Shown here piece by piece: positions 27,416-37,342 of a stretch of 64,000 nucleotides of DNA (its first letter is position 1; each line of letters starts with the position of its first letter). Origin of the DNA: Muribaculaceae bacterium. GTDB lineage: Bacteria > Bacteroidota > Bacteroidia > Bacteroidales > Muribaculaceae. The stretch spans positions 54,259 to 118,258 of the forward strand of contig JAMPAX010000002.1 of NCBI GenBank assembly GCA_023667015.1, in the 5' to 3' direction. The notes beneath the pieces are model-generated. The model ran no database searches and had not been told where the DNA came from. It saw only the letters and a program-made list of their open reading frames with translations. Position numbers and translations under genes: made by a program.

Positions 27416-28553
27416 GCGTCTTATTGTTTGTCAATATGTTGGATTTATTATTGGATTGAATATTATCGGCATGATTCTTAGAGCTTACCGAAATATATAT
27501 CATTGTGAATATGCCGAGGATAATAAGCATAACCGTCTGCCCGCTCCATTGAAGCATCGAGAAGGCTGTACCTTTGGCGTCTGAAATGCCATAAATAGCC
27601 AGGCCAAACATGACAGCAATGTTCCAGGGACCCAAGCCACCGTTTGAGGGAATTGCCATACCAATAGAAGAAAGTACAAAAGCCACAAGACAAGGCACGA
27701 GGCCAAACGCTAATGACGACTGAGCACAGAGTTCGCGAGTGAATGGAAATGCAAAGAAAGCTACGTACAGCTGAAAATAGTAGCAACCCCATATGCATGC
27801 TGTCAATAAGAGGAATTGAGAGCGCCCCTTCATGTGAGCAACGGCTGCAAAGCCGGTCCACAACTGACGTAGTATCCTCTTCAGCTTAGATACCCCGCGC
27901 GAGTAGCGAAAGGCGTAAAGCAAAATAGCAACGAGAACAACAAAAAAGGCAACCCCTATCCATACGCGCCAATCGGAGAAAAGAGAAAGGAGGTCGCGTC
28001 CTACGGGATATTCAACAAGGAAAGAATTGATAGCTGAAGTAGCGACTATAAATGTAATCACCAAGAGCAAAGCCACCATGACTGTATCAGCAAGGCGGTC
28101 GGCCATCATAGAGCCGAAAACTGTGGAGAAAGAAGCCTTCTGTCGATGTGAGATATAAGTACACCGCCACACCTCGCCAAGCCTGGGGAACACCAGATTG
28201 AGAGCGTAGCAACCAAAGATTGAGCAAGTAAGCGCCATCAGAGGAGGGTTTATGCCGACGGCGCGAAGTTGCAATCGCCAGCGCATAGCCCTGAAAATAT
28301 GAGAGAAGACGCTAAGTCCCATAGCGAAGAGGATCCACCAGTAGTCTACCCCATGGCGGATAATTTCCATCATATCTGAGAAATTCACCTTCCGGAACAT
28401 ATACCATACCAGGATGATGGTCAGAGCAAGGGGAAGGAGATATCTGAGGGCAACAGACAGCAAACGCTTCCAGAGAGGGGCCTTAATCTCAGGTCTCTCA
28501 GAGGGGAAATTGCTCGGTGCAGAGTTGTTGACGTTGCCAGTCATGACAGTCAA
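27399..28553 (-). CDS. Flippase-like / lysylphosphatidylglycerol-synthase TM-domain family (UPF0104) membrane protein
   Basis: Multi-pass membrane protein about 380 aa; family assignment from remembered UPF0104 features, moderate. Confidence 0.45.
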   Translation of the reverse strand: MTVMTGNVNNSAPSNFPSERPEIKAPLWKRLLSVALRYLLPLALTIILVWYMFRKVNFSDMMEIIRHGVDYWWILFAMGLSVFSHIFRAMRWRLQLRAVGINPPLMALTCSIFGCYALNLVFPRLGEVWRCTYISHRQKASFSTVFGSMMADRLADTVMVALLLVITFIVATSAINSFLVEYPVGRDLLSLFSDWRVWIGVAFFVVLVAILLYAFRYSRGVSKLKRILRQLWTGFAAVAHMKGRSQFLLLTACIWGCYYFQLYVAFFAFPFTRELCAQSSLAFGLVPCLVAFVLSSIGMAIPSNGGLGPWNIAVMFGLAIYGISDAKGTAFSMLQWSGQTVMLIILGIFTMIYISVSSKNHADNIQSNNKSNILTNNKTHVRSR

Positions 28554-28677
28554 AATTCAGTATAATTACGACGTAATCACAAAGTTTAGGAGAATTAACG
28601 CAAAATTAACAAAAAAAATTGTAAATTTGCCCTATAAAAACACAACTCAAAAGAAATCACAAACGAAACGAATATAA

Positions 28678-29874
28678 ATGGGAAAAGTCTTAATCATTGG
28701 TGCCGGAGGCGTTGGCACCGTCGTGGCCGCCAAATGCGCCCAGAATCCGGAAGTTTTCAGTGAAATCGTCATCGCCTCGCGCACAAAAGAGAAGTGTGAC
28801 CGCATTGCTGCCAAGCTCGGCAAAAGCAATATCACTACAGATCGCGTAGACGCTGACAATGTCGATGAACTATGCACACTCTTCGAGAAACATCGTCCTG
28901 ACATTTGCATCAACGTTGCCCTCCCCTATCAAGACCTTACAATCATGGAGGCCTGTCTGAAGTGTGGTGTCAACTATCTGGACACCGCCAATTATGAGCC
29001 CAAAGACGAGGCCCATTTTGAATACTCTTGGCAGTGGGCATACCGTGAGCGCTTCGAGAAAGCCGGACTGACAGCCATTCTTGGCTGCGGCTTCGACCCG
29101 GGAGTAAGCGCCATTTTCGTGGCCTATGCCGCCAAACATCATTTCTCGGAAATGCAGTACTTGGATATCGTAGACTGCAACGCCGGCAACCATGGCAAAG
29201 CATTTGCCACCAATTTCAATCCTGAAATCAACATCCGCGAAATCACCCAGAAAGGTCGCTACTGGGAAGATGGCAAGTGGGTAGAGACAGAGAATCTCGA
29301 AATCCACAAGCCTCTGAACTACCCCAATATCGGTGAACGGGAGAGCTATTTGCTATATCATGAAGAGCTCGAGAGCCTCGTAAAGAACTTTCCCACAATA
29401 CGCCGCGCGCGCTTTTGGATGACCTTCGGCCAGGAATATTTGACCCACCTCCGAGTAATTCAAGATATCGGCATGGCACGTATTGACCCCGTCATGTATG
29501 AGGGGCGTGAGATTGTGCCTATTCAGTTTCTCAAGGCCGTGCTCCCCGATCCGGGAAGCCTTGGAGAGAACTACACCGGAGAGACATCCATAGGCTGTCG
29601 TATCCGTGGCCTCGACAAGGAAGGGAAAGCGTCGACCTATTATATCTACAACAACTGCTCCCATCAGGAGGCCTACAAAGAGACCGGAGCTCAGGCCGTC
29701 AGCTACACCACCGGCGTTCCGGCAATGGTTGGCGCCTACATGTTCCTTACCGGAAAGTGGGTGAAGCCCGGTGTCCACAATGTTGAGGAATTTGACCCGG
29801 ATCCCTTCCTGGCTAAGCTTGCAGAGAGCGGACTTCCTTGGCATGTCATCGAAAACGAAGACATTGAATTATGA
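28678..29874 (+). CDS. Saccharopine dehydrogenase-family NAD(P) oxidoreductase (carboxynorspermidine dehydrogenase-like)
   Basis: N-terminal Rossmann MGKVLIIGAGGVGTVVA, strong resemblance to the CANSDH N-terminus; 398 aa. Confidence 0.6.
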   Translation: MGKVLIIGAGGVGTVVAAKCAQNPEVFSEIVIASRTKEKCDRIAAKLGKSNITTDRVDADNVDELCTLFEKHRPDICINVALPYQDLTIMEACLKCGVNYLDTANYEPKDEAHFEYSWQWAYRERFEKAGLTAILGCGFDPGVSAIFVAYAAKHHFSEMQYLDIVDCNAGNHGKAFATNFNPEINIREITQKGRYWEDGKWVETENLEIHKPLNYPNIGERESYLLYHEELESLVKNFPTIRRARFWMTFGQEYLTHLRVIQDIGMARIDPVMYEGREIVPIQFLKAVLPDPGSLGENYTGETSIGCRIRGLDKEGKASTYYIYNNCSHQEAYKETGAQAVSYTTGVPAMVGAYMFLTGKWVKPGVHNVEEFDPDPFLAKLAESGLPWHVIENEDIEL

Positions 29875-32315
29875 AACTACACTACACCCTACCCAAGACG
29901 GCCGCAGTTGCGGCCGTCTTGGCTACATTGATGGGGGGCGCCTACGCCTCAGTACATCGCGGACATATCCACGGCCGTCAAGGTAGCTACGAAGTGGCCA
30001 CGCCGGCAGGGAGAGTAGCTGTCGACGTCCTCGATGCCGACATTATCCGCGTCAGCACCTTGCCCAACGACACCTCCATCGACTACGCCATCTCTCAAAG
30101 CGCCAGCCTCGAACCCGGCTTCGCCAATGTCCACACTATGGCTACAGACTCCTCATTTGTAGTCGCTACTCCCTCAACAATCCTGAACATCAACCGCAAT
30201 TCGGGGCTTATTACCTTCCGCGATTCGTTAGGACGTGTACTGCTGACAGAAAACGGAGGCGTAGACAACCGGAATAGACTTAAGACTGTCAAGCTCAAGG
30301 ACGTAGCGTCCGGCAGATTCTATGGAGCCGGAGAACGCGGCCACCGTCTTACCCTCAACGGAGATTCGCTCAGCATGTACAACCGTCAGAACTACGGATA
30401 TACCGAAGGAGACCCGCGTCTTTCCCAGATGGGAATATCGGTGCCCTGGATTAGTTCCGATGCAGGCTATGGTATTCTCTTCGATGACTACAACCAAGCA
30501 GCGCTCGATCTTCGGGGAGACTCCATAGTTTACACATCACTAACAGACCTGCCACTGAGCTACTACTTCGTCAACGGACATGGCACTCTTGCCGGCAACA
30601 CCGAAGGATATACACGGCTTACCGGACGCCAAGATCTGCCCCCCTTCTGGGCTCTCGGCTATATAACTTCCAAATATGGCTACCACAATCGCGAAGAGAC
30701 CCTCGGTGCTGTAGATTCCCTTAAGACTCGCGGATATCCTCTGGATGGTATTGTACTTGACCTGTATTGGTATGGCAAAGAAACAGACATGGGGCGCCTC
30801 GAATGGAACAGGGAGCAATTCCCGGCACATGGGGCTATGCTCGACTCCTTGAAGAAATTGGGTGTCAACACCGTATTGATATCTCAACCCTACATCAACA
30901 AAATCGGAGCCCTCGACAATTACAACCTACTTGACTCCTTAGGGATGCTGACACGCGATGAGAAAGGAGCCACCCACGATGTCACCACGTGGGTAGGAGA
31001 AGCCGGCATGTTCGACATATCCAACCCCGCCACTCGCGAATGGCTATGGAATCGACTGAAAGGACTGACGGCTGAAGGTGTGGCCGGATGGTGGGGCGAC
31101 CTCGGTGAGCCGGAAGTCCATCCTCTCTCTATCGTACACGCTAATGGACAGACAGCTTCCGAATACCACAACGTCTACGGCAATGAATGGTCAAAGACTA
31201 TCTACGATGGCCTGCGCAAGGACTTCCCAAAGATGCGTCCGTTGCTGATGATGCGCGGTGGAACAGCCGGCCTGCAAAGATACTCCGTGTTTCCTTGGAC
31301 CACCGACGTCTCCCGCTCTTGGGGAGGTCTTCAGCCACAAGTAAAACTCATGATTTCATCGGGACTTTCCGGCCTGGGATATATGGGTTCTGATGTGGGT
31401 GGATTCGCCGTTGACCCCGCTCATCCCTACGATCCTGAACTCTACGTCAGATGGATGCAAGCCGGCGTATTCTCTCCGATGCTCCGCACTCATGCTCAAG
31501 ACCGTCCTGAGCCCTATCATTATCCCAAACAGCAGGATATTACCCTCGAGTTGGTGAAGACTCGCTATCGCTGGCTCCCTTATAACTATACATTGGCCTA
31601 TGAGAATGCATCGATGGGACTTCCCTTAGCTCGTCCGCTAAACTTCCGTGGTGATAACCCCGAAGCTAAGTATACGGGTGTTGAGGATGAATATCTATGG
31701 GGCGATAATGTGCTCGTGGCTCCGGTCATGAAACAAGGTGCCCGTTCACGCAAAGTCCTCTTCCCTAAAGGTGAATGGTATGACTTTGCCAACCCACGAC
31801 TCAAATATCGTGGAGGTACTACCGCTACCGTTCAAGCCCCCTTGGAGAAACTCCCTCTGTTCGTAAAAGCAGGCAGCTTCATCCCTCAATACATGGAGGC
31901 TATTGCAAATACCGGTGAGTATAATCCTGCAACACTGTGTGTGAAATACTTCCCATCCTCCTCCGAAACTTCCTACACACTCTTCGATGATGACCGCAAG
32001 AATCCCACATCACTGGAAGACAACAGCTATCAGCTGACCCGCTTCACCGGATTCATGAGCAGAAAGGAACTTGATATTAACATTGAGTCCACCGGCTTAT
32101 ACCCCGGCATGCCCGCCGGAAGGATGCTGACTATCGAGGTGGAAGATGTCAAGACTCAGCCCAAGAGTGTAGGATGTGGAGACCGGACCATGGAAAAAGC
32201 AGCCTCAGTAAAGGCCATGCAGCAAAGTAGTTGGACCTACGATAAGCAAACCCGCAGACTGACAATAGTAGTACCCTACGACTATCAGCCCACCAAGATC
32301 ACAGCTACCTTCTAA
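29871..32315 (+). CDS. Glycoside hydrolase family 31 (alpha-glucosidase/alpha-xylosidase-like), secreted
   Basis: GWWGDLGEPE (nucleophile region), PWTTDVSRSW and GSDVGGFA motifs matching GH31 signatures; signal peptide; ATGA overlap with the upstream gene. Confidence 0.7.
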   Translation: MKLHYTLPKTAAVAAVLATLMGGAYASVHRGHIHGRQGSYEVATPAGRVAVDVLDADIIRVSTLPNDTSIDYAISQSASLEPGFANVHTMATDSSFVVATPSTILNINRNSGLITFRDSLGRVLLTENGGVDNRNRLKTVKLKDVASGRFYGAGERGHRLTLNGDSLSMYNRQNYGYTEGDPRLSQMGISVPWISSDAGYGILFDDYNQAALDLRGDSIVYTSLTDLPLSYYFVNGHGTLAGNTEGYTRLTGRQDLPPFWALGYITSKYGYHNREETLGAVDSLKTRGYPLDGIVLDLYWYGKETDMGRLEWNREQFPAHGAMLDSLKKLGVNTVLISQPYINKIGALDNYNLLDSLGMLTRDEKGATHDVTTWVGEAGMFDISNPATREWLWNRLKGLTAEGVAGWWGDLGEPEVHPLSIVHANGQTASEYHNVYGNEWSKTIYDGLRKDFPKMRPLLMMRGGTAGLQRYSVFPWTTDVSRSWGGLQPQVKLMISSGLSGLGYMGSDVGGFAVDPAHPYDPELYVRWMQAGVFSPMLRTHAQDRPEPYHYPKQQDITLELVKTRYRWLPYNYTLAYENASMGLPLARPLNFRGDNPEAKYTGVEDEYLWGDNVLVAPVMKQGARSRKVLFPKGEWYDFANPRLKYRGGTTATVQAPLEKLPLFVKAGSFIPQYMEAIANTGEYNPATLCVKYFPSSSETSYTLFDDDRKNPTSLEDNSYQLTRFTGFMSRKELDINIESTGLYPGMPAGRMLTIEVEDVKTQPKSVGCGDRTMEKAASVKAMQQSSWTYDKQTRRLTIVVPYDYQPTKITATF

Positions 32316-32328
32316 GAGTCTATTTCAT

Positions 32329-32360
32329 AAAAATGGGGTCGCCGGAGCGACCCCATTTTT
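32329..32360. terminator. Bidirectional hairpin terminator (14-bp stem) after GH31 and after the convergent 32369..33547 gene
   Basis: aaaaatggggtcgc-cgga-gcgaccccattttt. Confidence 0.75.
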
Positions 32361-32368
32361 ATGGAATG

Positions 32369-33547
32369 TTAACTGAGTTCCACGCGGAACTCGGGGTTGG
32401 ATGCCCCTCGGGGCTTGGGAAAGCTATAGCCAAAACATGCCTTGTAGCTCCCTTCCGGAATCTGAAGCCGGAGATGCTTCTCGCCCCCATCATGATAAAA
32501 CAATACCGGTCCCGATGACTGAGCTACCTCTGCCAAACGACTACTCGAAGTACGCGCGGACTCACGCCATGTAATCGAACCTTCAATCCTTGTTCCGGAA
32601 TAATGAGACTGCAGAATTTCCCCGTTTTCATCGTAGAAAACAGCTATTGCATGCGACTCATCATCCGGAGAGTCGATATTCGTAGTCACCTCCACAGATT
32701 CAAAAGCGGAGACTTTCACATGTCGACTTATTCCCATGTCAGTAGCCTTCGAGGTTGAGCCATCGGCATGCAGACAGCCGCCGGATTGACGGCGCGAACC
32801 GCTCATCAGACTGCCATCAACAGCTATCAGACGGGTACACACTTTGCAAGCCACCTCCCGATAGATAAACAAAGAGCAAGGGGCACCTTTAAGACTCACC
32901 ATCACCCGATCTCCCTTCTCCGATGTATACCTATAACTTCTCGCACCTGCAGACAGATCCATACCTATTAACGGGAAATCCCACCATCCATCCGGTTGGT
33001 CTGTTGCTTCAAGTACTATCGGCATAGAAAGGCCTCCGGTGTCACCCACACATATAATCGTTTCACCCGGAAGCAATTCAATCCATTGTGAACGGCAAAA
33101 ACCTGCTGCCTGACTCCCGGCTACGAGCTTATTAGCTTGAGAGACACACTCATCTTCATTCCATTCAAACGAGGGAAAACGGAGATTAGCAACTGATGCC
33201 AAAGCCCCTATCAAAGACTCGTCAGTGGCCGTCAGACGGGCCGTCTCCTCCTGTAACAAAGAATTCAATTTAGATTCAATAACGGAGAGATCCGGAGCTA
33301 CAGGTTGCTGCACAGAAATTGAAGGCCCCGACCCACCCGTAGCACGCCAAGTACCCTCAGCGGCAACATACACCTTAGCAGGCAACGACTCGCCAACCAG
33401 AGCAGCCCAGCCGGGCAGAGGTCGGGGAAAAGCCTCCATCAAAGCCCCGACAGAAGGGAACAGACCCTTCAGAAAACCGCGAATATTAGGTGCGTCAAGC
33501 CAACCCTCCACGCGGAGATTTCCGGAAATAACATTTTCATTCACCAT
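32369..33547 (-). CDS. Hypothetical protein (392 aa), left end of the phage-like island
   Basis: No recognised motifs; Gly/Ser-rich beta-like composition. Confidence 0.3.
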   Translation of the reverse strand: MVNENVISGNLRVEGWLDAPNIRGFLKGLFPSVGALMEAFPRPLPGWAALVGESLPAKVYVAAEGTWRATGGSGPSISVQQPVAPDLSVIESKLNSLLQEETARLTATDESLIGALASVANLRFPSFEWNEDECVSQANKLVAGSQAAGFCRSQWIELLPGETIICVGDTGGLSMPIVLEATDQPDGWWDFPLIGMDLSAGARSYRYTSEKGDRVMVSLKGAPCSLFIYREVACKVCTRLIAVDGSLMSGSRRQSGGCLHADGSTSKATDMGISRHVKVSAFESVEVTTNIDSPDDESHAIAVFYDENGEILQSHYSGTRIEGSITWRESARTSSSRLAEVAQSSGPVLFYHDGGEKHLRLQIPEGSYKACFGYSFPKPRGASNPEFRVELS

Positions 33548-33570
33548 AATATTAATTAATTAGATAAGAC

Positions 33571-33608
33571 TAAGCAGCTATTCAATTTAAATTCAAACAT
33601 TCTGCTTA
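33571..33608. repeat. Palindromic element copy C (TAAGCAG..ATTTAAATT..CTGCTTA variant)
   Basis: taagcagctattcaatttaaattcaaacattctgctta, 24 bp upstream of the 33547 start. Confidence 0.6.
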
Positions 33609-33631
33609 AACGATATAGATGATCCTGAGAG

Positions 33632-34018
33632 TTAGGCGCGAGAGAGGATTGTACGGATACTACCCGGGGTCAGATAGAACGAAGGAGCCGGAGAATTGAC
33701 GATATCGAATATCAGATCGTAGTCCGAATCCACCTTATTAATACCGCGAACACTGACGAAACGCCGCCAGATCTCCTCATACATACTCAGACGTGAACCC
33801 ACCAAGATGGGGAACTCACCGGTACGCTGGCGATGACGTATGACCGTAAGCGCACGCGATTCATTGACAAAAAAGCGCGGTGCCGGTTGCACGGCCATAG
33901 CCGCAAAAATAGCCTTTGCAGAGCGAAGACGAGTGTCTGCCAACATCTTCCTGTAGACCTTCCGGAGCTGACGATTACGCTCCTCAGAGAAGTCACAAAC
34001 ATTACCTTTCTTTTTCAT
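33632..34018 (-). CDS. Hypothetical small basic protein (possible regulator), divergent from the packaging operon
   Basis: 128 aa, Arg/Lys-rich; no confident family. Confidence 0.3.
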   Translation of the reverse strand: MKKKGNVCDFSEERNRQLRKVYRKMLADTRLRSAKAIFAAMAVQPAPRFFVNESRALTVIRHRQRTGEFPILVGSRLSMYEEIWRRFVSVRGINKVDSDYDLIFDIVNSPAPSFYLTPGSIRTILSRA

Positions 34019-34105
34019 AATCTGTTTTGCTTATTTTATGTTTTGCATTGCAAATTTATGAATAAATTATGCAACGGATATGATAAACGTTGATAAATCT
34101 TGATA

Positions 34106-34113
34106 TAATTTTG
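34106..34113 (+). promoter_or_regulatory. -7 box TAATTTTG (TAATTTTGCA) driving the capsid/packaging operon
   Basis: tgatataattttgcagag about 20 bp upstream of the 34133 ATG. Confidence 0.45.
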
Positions 34114-34132
34114 CAGAGTCAAACAAAAACAA

Positions 34133-34882
34133 TTGATAATGAAAAAAGAAAAGGAAGAAAAAAAAGGAGATGTAGCCGGATTAGAATCTGGCAAGACACA
34201 GGAGTCGGTAATTGAATTTGCGAATCAAGAGACCGAATCAAGTGCTGAGTCGAAGGAAGAGCCGGAGGCTGAAGCAGTGACTCAAGCTGAGACCGCAGTA
34301 GAGACAGGGCCGGAGACTGAGGCAGAGGTAAAGACAACGGAAGAGACAGAGTCGGAAACAGAGTCGGAAACAGAGTCGGAAACAGAGTCGGAGGTTAAAT
34401 CGGAGGTTGAGACTGATGAGAATGTTGAAGATAAAGCAGACATATTAGCAGTATGGAGAAATCTCGAGGAAAAGACTGATGCTCTGGAGCAACTTCGAGC
34501 GTTTGCAGAGTATCAGAGCGATACAGCCTTGAAAGTCAAAGACTCCCTCACGCGTATTGATGGTTTCCGCAATGGGTCGCACGAACCAGACAGTAGGATA
34601 TCGATGGCAGTGGGACAATTGCTGGACATTGCGACAAACGCTGCCAATGGAATCATAGATCCTGAGGCTATAGCAATGATACTGCGGGCCAATGACTTCG
34701 ATGAAGCAATAGAGCGTGCCCATAATGAGGGTGAGATCTGTGGTAGAAATGCTTTAATCCGGGAGAAGTTTTTCAGTCCCAAGAGCAACGTAGAGAGTGT
34801 ACCGGCACTTGGAGGAACTTCAGCATCTGCCGACACACGCCGACCGGGAAGCATCTTCGACCTTGCCAGCTTCGCCCGATAG
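34133..34882 (+). CDS. Acidic repeat protein, candidate capsid scaffolding protein
   Basis: Glu/Thr-rich N-terminal half with (TESE)4 encoded by a 12-bp tandem DNA repeat at about 34356-34395; helical C-terminal half; immediately precedes the capsid-like gene. Confidence 0.35.
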   Translation: MIMKKEKEEKKGDVAGLESGKTQESVIEFANQETESSAESKEEPEAEAVTQAETAVETGPETEAEVKTTEETESETESETESETESEVKSEVETDENVEDKADILAVWRNLEEKTDALEQLRAFAEYQSDTALKVKDSLTRIDGFRNGSHEPDSRISMAVGQLLDIATNAANGIIDPEAIAMILRANDFDEAIERAHNEGEICGRNALIREKFFSPKSNVESVPALGGTSASADTRRPGSIFDLASFAR

Positions 34883-34947
34883 ACAATCTCAATCTACAAA
34901 GTAATAGACAAATAATACGATAAACCAATAATCTAAAAAACTAAATT

Positions 34948-36405
34948 ATGAACAAGACCATTCATGGCGGTCAGTCCGCCACCGTCACCAACACAGCGAT
35001 GCTGACAGGAGGGATAGCTCCCGGCAACTTCCTTGAGACCGGTATCGATGAAGAGCTCTTTCGATTTAACTCCGACGACACTCCTCTAATGAACCTCATG
35101 CTCAAGGCCAAACGAGTGAAAGTCGACTCTCCGGAAGTAGACCACTATATGATCGATGAGCCGACATATCAGAGTGTCACCACGAAGAACTTTACCGGCT
35201 CAATTCAGGGAGCACTTCCTGTAGACCCTCGTGATGCTACCATTATTCGTCCCTATTCTACATTGCTGATCAAAGGTGTGGATGGTTACGACGATGATGG
35301 CAAGGAGAAAACTCCGGGAAGAGATCTTATGCTGTTTGTGGTGAGTCATGACAATTTATCGGGGATGCCGGTAGTGAAAGCTGTCAATGGCAGGAAAAAC
35401 AATCCTTCCGATGAATCCGGCTACATCCCTGAAATTCCGGCAGGCACGAAGGTAATCATCCTTGCCAACTCGCTCTACGAGACACAGAAGGAGGTAGAGC
35501 CGGACCTGATAGTTCCCCAGCCAACGCGTGTATTCCTTCAGAAAAGAGGTATGAACCAAGTAGTGTCAGACTACTTCGATGCACAGCGCAAGCGTATTCC
35601 CTTCAGCAAAGCAATCCTTGCTGAGCAGGCAATTGCCAACTTCAAAGTACGCGGTAATCGTACACTATGGGCAGGAAGAAAGGGATGTTTCAAGCTTCCG
35701 GTAGACAAAATGGGCATGCAGACCGTCTATACCACGGAAGGCCTTCGCTGGCAATTCAAACGAGAGTTGCAACATACCGGCAAATGGACTGTAGAGCAAG
35801 TAATAGCACTAGCCAAAATGTTCTTCACAGGTGAAGACGTGCCCAAATCGGCTCTGTTGTTGGCAGGAAAGAACATGCTTGAGCAAATTCAATGTATAGA
35901 TTTCTCGAAGCATCCTGAGATTCAAATCTCCACAAAGACCAACAAACTGGGTTGGACCGTCACCAACTTCCATACCGTATTTGGCGATATTGAAATCAAG
36001 CGTGAGCCCACACTCGACCGCCTTGGTTGGAGCAATTCCGGAGCGTTGATAGGTGAAGACCGACTGGTTCACTATGTATATTCTGCCGAGCACTCTTTCT
36101 CCGACAGAGTAGAAGGACAGGAAGCCACTCGCAACGGCATTCTTATCTGGGACGCCTTGGCACTCAAAGGCAGCTGCCATATATGGATTGACGGCGAAAA
36201 TGACGGCAATTGCACACCTGAGCTGAGCTATCTGATGTGGGATAAAGCTGAGGCACCCGAGCCTGTGGAGGGTGGGGCATCTCGATTCTATCTTCTCAGC
36301 GACTGTCCCGGAATTTCAGAGAGCGCCAAAGCCGGTCAGGTCTGGGAATATATCAAGGAGGATGGAACATCTTCAGGAACGTGGGTACCACAGGTTTTGA
36401 TATGA
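34948..36405 (+). CDS. Putative major capsid protein (485 aa)
   Basis: Assigned by context (after scaffold-like gene, before terminase/portal) and size; not verifiable by motif from memory. Confidence 0.4.
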   Translation: MNKTIHGGQSATVTNTAMLTGGIAPGNFLETGIDEELFRFNSDDTPLMNLMLKAKRVKVDSPEVDHYMIDEPTYQSVTTKNFTGSIQGALPVDPRDATIIRPYSTLLIKGVDGYDDDGKEKTPGRDLMLFVVSHDNLSGMPVVKAVNGRKNNPSDESGYIPEIPAGTKVIILANSLYETQKEVEPDLIVPQPTRVFLQKRGMNQVVSDYFDAQRKRIPFSKAILAEQAIANFKVRGNRTLWAGRKGCFKLPVDKMGMQTVYTTEGLRWQFKRELQHTGKWTVEQVIALAKMFFTGEDVPKSALLLAGKNMLEQIQCIDFSKHPEIQISTKTNKLGWTVTNFHTVFGDIEIKREPTLDRLGWSNSGALIGEDRLVHYVYSAEHSFSDRVEGQEATRNGILIWDALALKGSCHIWIDGENDGNCTPELSYLMWDKAEAPEPVEGGASRFYLLSDCPGISESAKAGQVWEYIKEDGTSSGTWVPQVLI

Positions 36406-36415
36406 TTCCGGAGTT

Positions 36416-36452
36416 AAAGATTAGATATTAGATTTATATATAGATATTAGAT
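36416..36452. repeat. Short tandem repeat GATATTAGA units
   Basis: gattagatattagatttatatatagatattagatc. Confidence 0.7.
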
Positions 36453-36453
36453 C

Positions 36454-36750
36454 ATGACAACTAAAACTTATGGGGTATATGGGATGCTTGAATGGCATGC
36501 ATTGATACCGGCGGGGAGGATGACACTTAGTCTGGTGTTCACCGACGGGAAGGTATCAGGCTACGGAGTCATACCGGCACGTTACCAGACGTCCGACCCC
36601 GTCATACAATCCGCCATTGAGGCCTCCGGCCACTTCAGAAACGGAAAAATCCGACTGCTAAATACAGAGAATATGAATAGAAGACCAATAGAGAATCGAT
36701 CCACAGCGAAAACAAGCAATGATATATCGACAAGAAACAGTACTCGCTGA
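36454..36750 (+). CDS. Hypothetical small protein (98 aa) within the packaging operon
   Basis: ORF only; overlaps the next gene. Confidence 0.3.
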   Translation: MTTKTYGVYGMLEWHALIPAGRMTLSLVFTDGKVSGYGVIPARYQTSDPVIQSAIEASGHFRNGKIRLLNTENMNRRPIENRSTAKTSNDISTRNSTR

Positions 36751-37342
36751 CGTCACGGCAGCTCTGGGGGAAACTCCGGAGTTGCCCATGATTCTGAATC
36801 CCAAGGAGTTGCCATCATTGACAATAAATACGTTGATAATGCCAATTTTACCGGAAGTAGCGGCTGAGGTGATGAGAAATGAGCCAATTCAAGAGATGGA
36901 AGACTGCATTATACCTCTGAGAGGGACCGTGGAAACTCGCGGAGCTAACTCAGGGATAATAACATTGCCCTCAGATTATCTAAGGCTTGTATGCTTCAAG
37001 ATGTCCGGATGGTCCGGGTCATTGACTAATATAGAGCCTACTACGACATTACGGGCACAACTCAGCTGGCGCATCCCTGAAGAGCTTCACAGGATGTGCA
37101 CCCCGGAAGATCCCTTTTTATTGTTAAGCTCCGGAATAGAGGGTATGCAACTTGAATATTACGGCATAAGAAGAGAGGGTTGCTCAGAAATAGAAGCGAC
37201 ATATATAGCCAAGCCGACTTGGAATCATGGATTTACGGAAACAAGTATATCGCTACCCAAGAGGCTATATCGAAAAATCATAGAAGAGACGGCCAAGAAA
37301 ATAAGAGAAAATGACAGAGAAAACTATACAGGATATACTTGA
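36719..37342 (+). CDS. Hypothetical protein, possible small terminase subunit by position
   Basis: 207 aa; 32-bp overlap with the TerL start (translational coupling); no HTH recognised. Confidence 0.3.
   Translation: MIYRQETVLADVTAALGETPELPMILNPKELPSLTINTLIMPILPEVAAEVMRNEPIQEMEDCIIPLRGTVETRGANSGIITLPSDYLRLVCFKMSGWSGSLTNIEPTTTLRAQLSWRIPEELHRMCTPEDPFLLLSSGIEGMQLEYYGIRREGCSEIEATYIAKPTWNHGFTETSISLPKRLYRKIIEETAKKIRENDRENYTGYT

Noticed and set aside
28870-29844. Minus-strand ORFs (145 and 163 aa) inside the saccharopine dehydrogenase family gene
   Set aside because: Antisense shadow ORFs
32369-33547. Integrase or tail-fibre assignment for the 392-aa protein at the island edge
   Set aside because: No tyrosine/serine recombinase motifs (no R..H..R..Y or catalytic Ser N-terminus) and no recognisable fibre repeats; left as hypothetical
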